Shown piece after piece: positions 30,748 to 39,730 of a stretch of DNA of 64,000 bases (positions are counted from its first letter, which is position 1; every line of letters begins with the position of its first letter). Below the pieces are notes generated by a model. The model was not told where the DNA came from. It was given only the letters and a program-made list of their open reading frames with translations, and did not search any database. A program made the translations under genes and the position numbers. The stretch is from Desulfuromonadales bacterium (GTDB lineage: Bacteria > Desulfobacterota > Desulfuromonadia > Desulfuromonadales > SZUA-540), in assembly GCA_033549025.1 (NCBI GenBank), contig JAWSUS010000006.1, positions 64,001-128,000 on the forward strand, given 5' to 3'.

Positions 30748-31347
30748 TCACGGAGATGATTTCTGCATGAGGACCGTACTGAATTCATCCAGCATTCGGT
30801 TGCGGATAACTTGACAGCCGAGCCGTTCGTACTTCTGGCGAACGTCATAGTTATATTCCCAGAGCATCCCAGACAATAGAATATGAGCGCCTGGAGCCGC
30901 TTTTGGCACAAGCGCGTCAGCAACGGCGAGGAGAATGTCGCCATAGATGTTCGCCAGAATGAGGTCAAAAGATCCGGCGGCAACCTGGTCCAGAGTGCCG
31001 CACAGGTGATCAATTTTATCAACGACGCCGTTGAGATGACTGTGGTGTTGGCAGGTGGCGACCGCCGCTGGATCGATATCGACACAAAGTGCGTGGGATG
31101 CCCCGAGTTTGAGGGCCGCGATGGCCAGAATGCCGGTGCCGCTGCCCAAATCGAGCAGGGTTTTTCCGGACAGATCGGGTAGGTCCTCCAGGATTTCCAG
31201 GCAACTGGCGGTGGTTTCATGTTCGCCCGATCCGAAGGCTCCGGAAGCCATAACCAAGGGCAGACGGTCCTCCTGAACTGGGGTATCGTCAGGGGGGTGA
31301 ATACGAAAACGGTGTCCTACGGTAAAGGGGGCGTACTCGCGTCCCAT
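30748..31347 (-). CDS. Short PrmA-like SAM-dependent methyltransferase (catalytic domain only)
   Basis: AFGSGEHETT, LDLGSGTGILAI, DIDPAAV, ANI and LSG PrmA motifs; about 199 aa with no N-terminal domain; ATG at 31347 with AAAGGA RBS. Confidence 0.8.
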   Translation of the reverse strand: MGREYAPFTVGHRFRIHPPDDTPVQEDRLPLVMASGAFGSGEHETTASCLEILEDLPDLSGKTLLDLGSGTGILAIAALKLGASHALCVDIDPAAVATCQHHSHLNGVVDKIDHLCGTLDQVAAGSFDLILANIYGDILLAVADALVPKAAPGAHILLSGMLWEYNYDVRQKYERLGCQVIRNRMLDEFSTVLMQKSSP

Positions 31348-31376
31348 AAAGGAATATCCTTTCAAGGTGATCCAAT

Positions 31377-32387
31377 TCAGGTCACACAGATAAAGTCGTG
31401 CTGATCCTTGAAGCCGTTTCGATCAGCCCACTGACGGATTTGCTGCCGAGCGCCGGCGGCACCAACCGTAATGAGCATTTTGCCTTGATCCGTCCGAAGT
31501 TCTGTGGGGGCGATGACCGGGGCCCCATGGATGGTCTGGCCCACTTTGCGAGGATCGATATCCACCCAGCGTGCCACGTGAATTCCCTGGCGCAGCAGAA
31601 CCTTCCGCCAGGCTTTGCCTTCGAGCCCGGCGCCCCAGAGAGTAACCTCCCGCTGGCCCCTTAAGTAGTCCTGACAGAGATAGTGGATTTTGCAGTCCCG
31701 CATAGCGGTCAGCGTACAGTTCGCGGCCGTACGGGTCAGTCTGTCGGGGCGGTCTCGCCAGTAGAAGAGGGTGCCGGGCAGGCGCGCAAAGCGGGCACCG
31801 GCGCGGATAAGACGAAGCCAGAGATCGTAGTCTTCCGCCCAGGGCAGCGCACGATAGCCGCCCGCCTCCAGGACCGCCTGACGTCGGAACATGACGCTGG
31901 GATGGGCCAGGGGGGACTCGACGTAGCGGTCGCGCTGAATATCGTCATGCGTGAGCAGGCTGTTTTGCCAGGCCTCGTAGGTTTTCATCCCCTCCGAAAG
32001 TTGGGGCCTAGGAAAATGTCGTATCTGGCAGGAGACGACAGCCACCTCGGGATGGTGTTGCATATACGCGTGCTGAGCGAACAGCCGCTGCGGGTGGCAG
32101 ATGTCGTCCCCATCCATGCGGGCTACCAGAGGGGCGCGGCACTTTTCAAGTCCGAGATTGAGCGCATCGACAAGGCCCAAAGCGGGCTGTTTTACAACGT
32201 GAATTTTATCCGGGTACGTCTGCCTCGCCTGGGCAAGGATTTCTGGAGTACGGTCAGTGGAGCCGTCGTCCACGACTACAAGCTCCCAGTTGGGTAGGGA
32301 CTGTCTGAATATGGAAGCGAGGGCGGCGGGCAGAAAACGTTCCTCGTTACGCACGGCCAGCAGGAGCGATACAGCGGGAGATGTCAT
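31377..32387 (-). CDS. GT2-family glycosyltransferase with C-terminal Rossmann-like domain
   Basis: VVVDDGSTD, RMDGDD (DxD) and EDYDLW, plus C-terminal WGAGxxGK and VDIDPRKVG. Confidence 0.88.
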   Translation of the reverse strand: MTSPAVSLLLAVRNEERFLPAALASIFRQSLPNWELVVVDDGSTDRTPEILAQARQTYPDKIHVVKQPALGLVDALNLGLEKCRAPLVARMDGDDICHPQRLFAQHAYMQHHPEVAVVSCQIRHFPRPQLSEGMKTYEAWQNSLLTHDDIQRDRYVESPLAHPSVMFRRQAVLEAGGYRALPWAEDYDLWLRLIRAGARFARLPGTLFYWRDRPDRLTRTAANCTLTAMRDCKIHYLCQDYLRGQREVTLWGAGLEGKAWRKVLLRQGIHVARWVDIDPRKVGQTIHGAPVIAPTELRTDQGKMLITVGAAGARQQIRQWADRNGFKDQHDFICVT

Positions 32388-33328
32388 AGTCCCAGGCTGC
32401 GCAGTATAAAAAGGGCGACGCTGTAGGTGAGGGCCGATAGCAGGGTGGACATCATGACGATAGAGCCGGCCAGTTCGGCATCGCCTTTCATCTGGTGGGC
32501 CATGATGTAGGTCGCGGTGGCGGCGGGGGTTCCTGCCATCAGCACCCCGATCCCCAAATCCATGCCCCGAATCCCCATGCCGTAAAGCAAAAAGGCCCCC
32601 AGCAGAGGCAGCCAGACGATTTTAATGCCCGTGGCGAAGGCGGCCCGCACGAGATCTCCTTTGAGCTTTTCGAGGGAGAATGAGCCACCGATGGCGATCA
32701 GGGCCAAAGGCAGGGTCATACCGGTGGCGATATCGAGACTGCGGTCCAGAATAATCGGCATCGGCAGGCCAAAAAAGCTCCAGGCAATGCCGGCAAAGGA
32801 GGCGATGATGAGGGGATTGAGAGCGACCTGCTTCACCCAGAAGGACAGTCCCCGGTCGCCATCTTGCCCTCGGTGAGGCAGCAGCAGGGCGAGAATGGCG
32901 AAAAAATTGAGAACGGGCACCAGAAAACCGGTGAGAATGCCCGCCCGCGTGAAGCCTTCAGGGCCATAGGCGTTGAAAACTATCGCCAATCCCATATAAG
33001 CCAGATTGCCGCGAAAAGAGCCCTGGCTGAATGATCCCGCTGCTTCGGGAGGATAGCGGCGAATGAGGGCGTAGCCGTAGGAGGCGAAGAAACCGATGGC
33101 AATGATGAGGGCGGACCCGATGACGAGCCTGCCATTGAAATTACTGAAGAAATCGGCAGTGCCGATTTTGTAGAAAAGTAGCAGGGGCAGACAGATGTAG
33201 TAGACGAGACGGTTAGTCTGGAAGAGAAAGGTCGCATCGATCAGGTCGAGACGCTTCAGGCCATACCCCAACAGAATGACCAGAAACACCGGTACGACAA
33301 TAACAAGAATTTCCAGGAAAAGGGACAC
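32384..33328 (-). CDS. AEC (auxin efflux carrier) family transporter
   Basis: About 10 TM segments; RGNLAYMGL, NPLIIA, PLALIAIGG and TPAA motifs; 4-nt overlap with the GT2 start. Confidence 0.88.
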   Translation of the reverse strand: MSLFLEILVIVVPVFLVILLGYGLKRLDLIDATFLFQTNRLVYYICLPLLLFYKIGTADFFSNFNGRLVIGSALIIAIGFFASYGYALIRRYPPEAAGSFSQGSFRGNLAYMGLAIVFNAYGPEGFTRAGILTGFLVPVLNFFAILALLLPHRGQDGDRGLSFWVKQVALNPLIIASFAGIAWSFFGLPMPIILDRSLDIATGMTLPLALIAIGGSFSLEKLKGDLVRAAFATGIKIVWLPLLGAFLLYGMGIRGMDLGIGVLMAGTPAATATYIMAHQMKGDAELAGSIVMMSTLLSALTYSVALFILRSLGL

Positions 33329-33500
33329 GGTAATCTCCTCTAATGAAGGCTGTCAGGATACATGAACCCCTTTTACTCTGTCCAATATAAATTGCCAACC
33401 CAAAGCAGCCCGGTCGGGGAGCCTTCCCAAGGTTGATGGAACGGGCAGGGAAATTTCTGTCAGGGAAAATTCTTGCGATTGTCGGGGGTATGAATTAAAA

Positions 33501-34610
33501 ATGGTGACCATGAAAAATTACCCGCGGTTTCGCCTGGTGACGATTGTTGCGCTGGTTCTTGTGGTCACCTCCATGCATTATCTGACCACGACCCATCGCC
33601 ACGAATATCACGATATTTATCGACGTCTCTACTATATTCCCATTGTGCTGGGAGGGATGTGGTACGCCCTGCGCGGCGGTCTGCTGACCTCGATGACCGT
33701 TTCGATTCTCTATCTTCCCCATGTTCTCATCCAGTGGAGTCATCATCCGCAAATTCGTCTGGAACAGTATCTTGAGATTCTGCTGTATAATTTGATCGGC
33801 CTTTTGACCGGGTATCTGACGTCCAAAAAAAACGAACAGCAGGATCGCTATCAGCAGACAGCAGAGCAATTGCGCGAAAGCTACAGCGAGCTGAAGAACA
33901 AGGCCGACCAGATTCTGGAAATCGAGGAGCAGCTGCGTCGGGCTGACCGCCTTTCCGCTCTGGGCGAGCTGTCTGCCGGTATGGCCCATGAAATCCGCAA
34001 TCCCCTTGGCTCCATTCGGGGTACGGCGGAAATTATTCAGGAAGGGATGGACCCGACGGATCGCCGCTACGAATTCAGCCGCATTATGATTCAGGAAGTG
34101 GATCGCCTGAACCGCGTGGTGCAGGATTTTCTCGATTTTGCCCGTCCGGCGCCCCTCGATCGGGATCGGGTGGATGTCAATGCGGCTCTGGCCGACATCC
34201 TTATTCTGGTCCGGCAAAAGGCCTCCGCCGCCGGCATCGACATCACTTTTCCGGTTGAGGGCCATCTTTATGTCTCCGGCAAAGAGGAGCATCTCAAGCA
34301 GGCATTTCTCAACCTTACCCTCAATGCCTTGCAGGCCATGCCGGAAGGGGGGACGCTCGATATTCGTACCGGTCGGTCCGGGGCTGAAATCGAAATCCGG
34401 TTCAGCGATACGGGGGCCGGCATCCCTTCGGAAAACCTCGACAAAATCTTCAACCCCTTTTTCACCACCCGGGAAAAGGGAACAGGTCTGGGACTGGCTA
34501 TTTCCGCTCGCATTATCCAGGGACATGGCGGACGCATCACCGTGGACAGCCAGCCCGGGACAGGCACGACCTTCACCCTTTGCCTTCCAGCCATGGATGG
34601 TCAGGAGTAA
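33501..34610 (+). CDS. Membrane sensor histidine kinase
   Basis: Multi-TM N-terminus; AHEIRNPL, NALQAM, DTGAG, FFTTR and GTGLGL. Confidence 0.93.
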   Translation: MVTMKNYPRFRLVTIVALVLVVTSMHYLTTTHRHEYHDIYRRLYYIPIVLGGMWYALRGGLLTSMTVSILYLPHVLIQWSHHPQIRLEQYLEILLYNLIGLLTGYLTSKKNEQQDRYQQTAEQLRESYSELKNKADQILEIEEQLRRADRLSALGELSAGMAHEIRNPLGSIRGTAEIIQEGMDPTDRRYEFSRIMIQEVDRLNRVVQDFLDFARPAPLDRDRVDVNAALADILILVRQKASAAGIDITFPVEGHLYVSGKEEHLKQAFLNLTLNALQAMPEGGTLDIRTGRSGAEIEIRFSDTGAGIPSENLDKIFNPFFTTREKGTGLGLAISARIIQGHGGRITVDSQPGTGTTFTLCLPAMDGQE

Positions 34611-34613
34611 GCC

Positions 34614-35972
34614 TTGGCAGATAAGACGATTTTACTGATTGACGATGATGTCTCCTTGAGACGTGTTATGGAATTTACCCTGCAGGAAGCAGGGTATCGC
34701 GTACTGACCGCCCCCGACGGGACTTCGGGTTTGCGTCAATTCGAGGAACAGAAGCCGGCTTTGGTCATTACGGACATCCAGATGCCGGGACTCTCCGGCT
34801 ACGATGTTCTCAAGCGCGTCAAAGAGCTGAGTCCCGAAACCCTGGTCCTTGTCATCACCGCCTTCGGCACGGTGGAGAAAGCGGTCGAGGCGATGAAGCT
34901 CGGGGCCTACGATTACCTGACCAAGCCTTTCGGTCGGGAGGAGTTGCGCCTTACCGTAGAAAAGGCGCTGTCTTTTCGGGGATTGAAAGAGGAAAACCTG
35001 CGCCTGAAGGAGCAGATCTCCCATCAGGCCGATTTTAGCCGCCTGGTGGGGACTTCCGATAAAATGCAGCACGTCTTCGACCTGGTGCGTCGGGTGGCGC
35101 CGACGGAAGCCAATGTGCTGATCACCGGGGAGAGCGGCACCGGCAAAGAGCTGATAGCCCAGGCGATTCATCGCAGCAGTGAACGTCATGCCGGGCCTTT
35201 TGTGGCCGTCAACTGTGCGGCTATTCCGGCAGATCTCCTCGAAAGCGAACTTTTCGGCCATGTCAAGGGGGCCTTTACCGGGGCGATCAAAGACCGGAAA
35301 GGCAAGTTTGAACAGGCCAATGGCGGCACGCTCTTTCTGGACGAAGTGGGTGACATGCCCCTCGATCTGCAGCCCAAACTCCTGCGGGCGTTGCAGGAAA
35401 GGGAGATCGAACCGGTCGGCGAAGGGATACCGCGAAAAGTGGATGTACGTGTGGTCGCGGCGACCAATCAGGACCTGGAAGCGGCCATTGCCGAGGGGAA
35501 TTTTCGCGAGGATCTCTTTTACCGGCTGTCCGTCATTCCGGTTGAGCTCCCCCCCTTGCGGGCCAGGAGAGAGGACATCCCTCTGCTCGCCCGACATTTT
35601 TTGGGAAAATACGCCGGCAATGTCGCCATCACCCTGTCTGAAGAGGTACTCAGGCGTCTTTGCGACTATGACTGGCCCGGCAACGTCCGTGAATTGGAAA
35701 ACACCATGGAACGCCTGACTATTCTTCGCCGCTCGAACACGATCGACGAAGAGGATTTGCCGGCGAAAATTTGCGCCATTCAGAGATCCCGCCACGCGGT
35801 TCTCCATCTTCCCGACGAGGGATATTCGCTGGAGCAGTTGGAAAAAGAGGCCGTTGAAGAAGCGCTCCGCCGCAACGACTGGAACCAGACCCGTGCTGCC
35901 GCTTTTCTGCAGATTCCCAGGCACACCCTTATTTACCGGATTGAGAAGTATGGAATTACGCGTGAAAAATAG
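34614..35972 (+). CDS. sigma54-dependent response regulator (NtrC/ZraR-like)
   Basis: REC domain, [24 protein letters not shown] and Fis HTH; TTG start with AGGAG RBS. Confidence 0.95.
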   Translation: MADKTILLIDDDVSLRRVMEFTLQEAGYRVLTAPDGTSGLRQFEEQKPALVITDIQMPGLSGYDVLKRVKELSPETLVLVITAFGTVEKAVEAMKLGAYDYLTKPFGREELRLTVEKALSFRGLKEENLRLKEQISHQADFSRLVGTSDKMQHVFDLVRRVAPTEANVLITGESGTGKELIAQAIHRSSERHAGPFVAVNCAAIPADLLESELFGHVKGAFTGAIKDRKGKFEQANGGTLFLDEVGDMPLDLQPKLLRALQEREIEPVGEGIPRKVDVRVVAATNQDLEAAIAEGNFREDLFYRLSVIPVELPPLRARREDIPLLARHFLGKYAGNVAITLSEEVLRRLCDYDWPGNVRELENTMERLTILRRSNTIDEEDLPAKICAIQRSRHAVLHLPDEGYSLEQLEKEAVEEALRRNDWNQTRAAAFLQIPRHTLIYRIEKYGITREK

Positions 35973-37284
35973 CTTGCTTCGCTTTCTGTCTGTTCTGCTT
36001 CTGTTCTCGATGTGGGTTTGCGGTTCTTCGGCGCTGGCGGCGGAGCGGCGCACGGCCGTGGTGGCCGCTGTTGAAAAAGCGGGCGCCGCCGTGGTGAATA
36101 TTCGCACCGAGCAGGTTGTCAAAACGCGAAGCACGCCGTTTTTCGGATTTTCCGATCCCTTCTTCGACCAGTTCTTTCAGGAGATGGTGCCCCAGCGAAC
36201 CTACACCACCCAATCCCTTGGCTCAGGGGTTATTATCGACCCCAGGGGGTATGTCCTGACCAATGCCCATGTGACGGCGAAAGCCTCCCGTATTTTCGTG
36301 GCTCTGCCTGAAGGTGGAGTCGAATACGAGGCCACGCTGGTCGGCCAGGATGACTATAATGACCTGGCTGTTCTGCAGATCGAATCCCGTCAGAAATTTC
36401 CCTCCCTTCTTCCCGCTCAGTCCGATGATCTCATGATCGGAGAGACGGTTATCGCCATCGGCAATCCTTTGGGGCTCGGCCATTCCATCACCACCGGCGT
36501 GGTCAGCGCGCCCAGACGGCGGATCGCGACAGGGGAGGGTGTGACCTCTTTTTTCATTCAGACCGATGCGCTGATCAACCCCGGCAACAGTGGGGGGCCC
36601 CTGCTCAATATCAACGGGGAGCTTATCGGCATTAATACGGCGATTGCCCGACAGGCCCAAGGCATTGGTTTTGCTATCCCTATCGATACCGCAAAACGAA
36701 TCGCCCGGGATCTTATCGAGTTTGGCCAGCGACGCCACCCGTACCTGGGGGTTTTTTCAGAAACGGTCGGCCAGGCCTTTTCAAAGACCTTCGGGGGGCG
36801 GGGTGTTCTGGTAGCTGATGTAAAAAATGGTTCCCCAGCCCAAGTCGCCGGTCTGGAAGTGGCCGATGTCCTTTTGAGCCTAGACGGCCACATCTTGACC
36901 TCGCCTGTCGACCTCTACGCTCTGCTGGCTACCTGCACGCCCCAAAATAAGGTTCGACTCGGTCTTTTGCGCGGCACCAAAGAACTTGACCTCGAAGTCG
37001 TACTGGACGAGCTGCCAGCAGACGCCGGCAGCTGGCATGCCCTGAAGGCTTTTGGGTTTCAGGTGGATGAGGACCCTGCCGGTTTGGTGATTGTCCACGT
37101 GGAAGCCGGCTCTGCCGCCGAGAGAACCGGTTTGCGCCCAGGGGACAGGGTGGCTGAGGTTGCCGGTAGGCGAGTGGCCTCTCAGGTAGAGTTTTCCCGG
37201 CACATAATCAGTCTTCGAGGACAGGCACAAACCAAATTTCTAATCGTGCGGGGCAATCGGGGCTATTACATCGAACTGCCTTGA
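35950..37284 (+). CDS. HtrA/DegQ-family periplasmic serine protease with two PDZ domains
   Basis: Signal peptide, GSGVII, LTNAHV, IGNPLG and QTDALINPGNSGGPL; start is either 35950 (ATG) or 35962 (GTG). Confidence 0.92.
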   Translation: MELRVKNSLLRFLSVLLLFSMWVCGSSALAAERRTAVVAAVEKAGAAVVNIRTEQVVKTRSTPFFGFSDPFFDQFFQEMVPQRTYTTQSLGSGVIIDPRGYVLTNAHVTAKASRIFVALPEGGVEYEATLVGQDDYNDLAVLQIESRQKFPSLLPAQSDDLMIGETVIAIGNPLGLGHSITTGVVSAPRRRIATGEGVTSFFIQTDALINPGNSGGPLLNINGELIGINTAIARQAQGIGFAIPIDTAKRIARDLIEFGQRRHPYLGVFSETVGQAFSKTFGGRGVLVADVKNGSPAQVAGLEVADVLLSLDGHILTSPVDLYALLATCTPQNKVRLGLLRGTKELDLEVVLDELPADAGSWHALKAFGFQVDEDPAGLVIVHVEAGSAAERTGLRPGDRVAEVAGRRVASQVEFSRHIISLRGQAQTKFLIVRGNRGYYIELP

Positions 37285-37297
37285 AAAAGGAGATTTT

Positions 37298-37759
37298 ATG
37301 GCAGAACTGCTGGTTGACGGCAATGCCCTTCGGCGTTCCGAGGAGACTCAATTCCGCATGGAGGGCTGGATTGCCTGTGCCCCCTGTGAAGACCTGCTGG
37401 GCATCCATATCCAAAAGGCGGCGGCGGGCCAGGCTGTTCTCACCATGCCTTTTACCGTCAAGCTGGCGCAAGGCGGCGGCTTCATGCATGGCGGTGCCCT
37501 GACAACCCTTGGCGACACGGCGGTGGCGATGGCGATAAAATCCCTTTTGCCGCCGGATACGATCTTTGCCACCACCGAGCTGCACCTGGATTTTGTCGCT
37601 CCCGTCAAGGAAGGCACCGTGACGGCAGAAGCGGTCGTCACCGGACCGGTACAGCGAATTTTTCAGGGAGCCGCCACCCTGTTCGATGACGATGGACGGG
37701 TTGTTGCGCGGCTGAAAACCCAGTTCAAAGTGGCACGAGGACAAGGCTTTGACGACTGA
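37298..37759 (+). CDS. PaaI-family hotdog-fold thioesterase
   Basis: GFMHGGALTTLGDT motif; AAGGAG RBS. Confidence 0.88.
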   Translation: MAELLVDGNALRRSEETQFRMEGWIACAPCEDLLGIHIQKAAAGQAVLTMPFTVKLAQGGGFMHGGALTTLGDTAVAMAIKSLLPPDTIFATTELHLDFVAPVKEGTVTAEAVVTGPVQRIFQGAATLFDDDGRVVARLKTQFKVARGQGFDD

Positions 37760-37885
37760 TCAAGGAAACTTTTCCAACTCGGTTTATACGGCTTAACCGC
37801 CTATGCGACCTTGACTTTTTTAAAAGCAACGGGTAGAACACCAGCAGTGATTCCCCTTTTTGAATATGACGAAAGGCCCATAGAC

Positions 37886-38413
37886 ATGATTCGATTGATG
37901 ACCGCATTTCTACTTCTTTTCACCTTCATGTTTCCGGGCGGTTCCTTGGCGGCCGAGGCCACCGTACCGACGGGGCGTGTGGTTGTCGGGAGCGTTGCTC
38001 CCGATTTTACCCTTAACAATCTGAAGGGCGAACCGGTCTCTTTGTCGCAGTTTCGTGGCAAGGTGGTCTTTCTCAATTTCTGGGCCAGCTGGTGCCCGCC
38101 CTGCCGTGAGGAAATGCCCTCCATGGAACGGTTGAACGAAGTGTTCGGCAGCAGCGATTTTGTCATGCTGGCGGTCAATGTAGAGGATGACGGTCCGCGC
38201 TCTGTGCCCGAATGGCTTAAAGAAAATCCCTACACCTTTCCCATCCTCTTTGATCCGCAAGGTCAGGAAAAGATGCGCTACGGTGTCACGGCCATACCGG
38301 AGACGTTTCTGATCGATAAAAAAGGTGTTGTTGTCGATCGTTTTCTTGGCGCCTACGACTGGTCTTCCGTGTACACTCTTAAAGAAATCTTTTCCCTAAT
38401 CAACGAGGAATAA
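37886..38413 (+). CDS. TlpA/ResA-family thiol-disulfide oxidoreductase
   Basis: APDFTL, NFWASWCPPCREEMP and IPETFLID; signal/anchor from ATG at 37886. Confidence 0.92.
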   Translation: MIRLMTAFLLLFTFMFPGGSLAAEATVPTGRVVVGSVAPDFTLNNLKGEPVSLSQFRGKVVFLNFWASWCPPCREEMPSMERLNEVFGSSDFVMLAVNVEDDGPRSVPEWLKENPYTFPILFDPQGQEKMRYGVTAIPETFLIDKKGVVVDRFLGAYDWSSVYTLKEIFSLINEE

Positions 38414-38414
38414 C

Positions 38415-39164
38415 ATGACTGGTTCCGCTGATATCACCATCTGGATCGCTTTTTCCGCCGGGATACTGTCGTTTTTTTCTCCCTGCGTCCTGCCCCTGAT
38501 TCCCTCCTACCTGACCTACATTACAGGGCTTTCCTTCGGGCAGCTTAAAGAGGCGCATCCCAGCACTAAAGTCAGAGTGACGGTTTTTCTGCATTCCTTG
38601 ACTTTCATCGCCGGCTTCTCTGTCGTTTTCATCGCCCTGGGGGCTATAGCCGGGGTGGCTTCATCCACCTTTCAGACTCACATGCGTGAGGGGCTCATCT
38701 GGATTCAACGGATTGGCGGAATTCTCATTTTTCTCTTCGGCGTTCACATGAGCGGCCTGTTTCATTTTGGTGTCCTTCTGGGCGAGAAGCGCGTCCATGT
38801 CCAACGAAAACCGAGTGGCTTTTTCGGAACCTTTCTGGTCGGACTCGCTTTCGCTGCCGGTTGGACTCCCTGCATCGGGCCCATTCTCGGCGGCATACTC
38901 ACGCTGGCCGCCAGCTCTTCCGGCGGCTATGCGCGTGGGGTGATTCTGCTTTCCTTCTACTCGGCCGGGCTCGGGATTCCGTTTCTTATCTCCGGCGTGC
39001 TTTTTCATGGCTTTCTGTCGTTTTTCAACAAGTTTCGCAAGCATATCCGGATCATGGAGATTGTTACCGGCCTGCTGCTCATGATTGTGGGCGTTATGCT
39101 CTTCTTCAATATGTTCGGCAAACTTTCCGGCTACCTCTACCGCTGGATTCCCATGGCTGGTTAG
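38415..39164 (+). CDS. ccdA: Cytochrome c biogenesis protein CcdA
   Basis: SFFSPCVLPLIPSY and GWTPCIGPILG motifs. Confidence 0.93.
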   Translation: MTGSADITIWIAFSAGILSFFSPCVLPLIPSYLTYITGLSFGQLKEAHPSTKVRVTVFLHSLTFIAGFSVVFIALGAIAGVASSTFQTHMREGLIWIQRIGGILIFLFGVHMSGLFHFGVLLGEKRVHVQRKPSGFFGTFLVGLAFAAGWTPCIGPILGGILTLAASSSGGYARGVILLSFYSAGLGIPFLISGVLFHGFLSFFNKFRKHIRIMEIVTGLLLMIVGVMLFFNMFGKLSGYLYRWIPMAG

Positions 39165-39183
39165 GGATTCCTGCTAAAGAATC

Positions 39184-39227
39184 TTGACTTGACGCCGTCA
39201 CCCCTGTTATCTTGAAAATCATTTTCA
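39184..39227 (+). promoter_or_regulatory. Promoter with overlapping Fur box upstream of fur-feoB-ideR
   Basis: TTGACT-18-TATCTT (with extended TG) overlapped by the perfect 7-1-7 palindrome TGAAAAT-C-ATTTTCA at 39213-39227. Confidence 0.85.
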
Positions 39228-39244
39228 GGTAAAAGGGGTGACGT

Positions 39245-39679
39245 ATGCAGGAAGTCAAAAAAATCTTTCACGACTACCTGGCCCAGCAGGGGCTTAAAAG
39301 TACCCGACAACGGGAGATCATCCTTGACGAGTTTCTCCGTTTCGGATCCCATCCCTCCACCGAAGACCTCTATCTCACGCTACGTAAAAAACATCCCCAG
39401 ATTGGCTACGCAACCGTACACCGCACGCTGAAGCTGCTGGCCGAATGCGGTCTGGCCGAAGGCCATAACTTTGGGGACGGGCAGACCCGCTACGAGTCCT
39501 GTGTCGATGAACAGCATCATGACCACCTCGTCTGTACCGATTGTGGCGCCATACTGGAGTTCTATGACCCGCGCATTGAGAAACTGCAGGATGAAGTCGC
39601 CAGGGACCATGGCTTCACGATCCGAAATCATCGACTCGAACTCTATGGTCTCTGCTCCAAATGCACTCAAAAAAAATAA
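39245..39679 (+). CDS. fur: Ferric uptake regulator
   Basis: GLKSTRQR, IGYATVHRTL, HHDHLVCxxCG and YGLCxxC; upstream Fur box. Confidence 0.93.
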   Translation: MQEVKKIFHDYLAQQGLKSTRQREIILDEFLRFGSHPSTEDLYLTLRKKHPQIGYATVHRTLKLLAECGLAEGHNFGDGQTRYESCVDEQHHDHLVCTDCGAILEFYDPRIEKLQDEVARDHGFTIRNHRLELYGLCSKCTQKK

Positions 39680-39730
39680 CAGCCAGATTCACCATGACCT
39701 CATTCATCCATACTCCTGAAGGACACCCCC

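Noticed and set aside
34632..36134. 500-aa minus-strand ORF (similarly 33495..34526, 17270..18613, 9309..10631, 19888..21132)
   Set aside because: All are antisense to well-supported genes and lack motif support.
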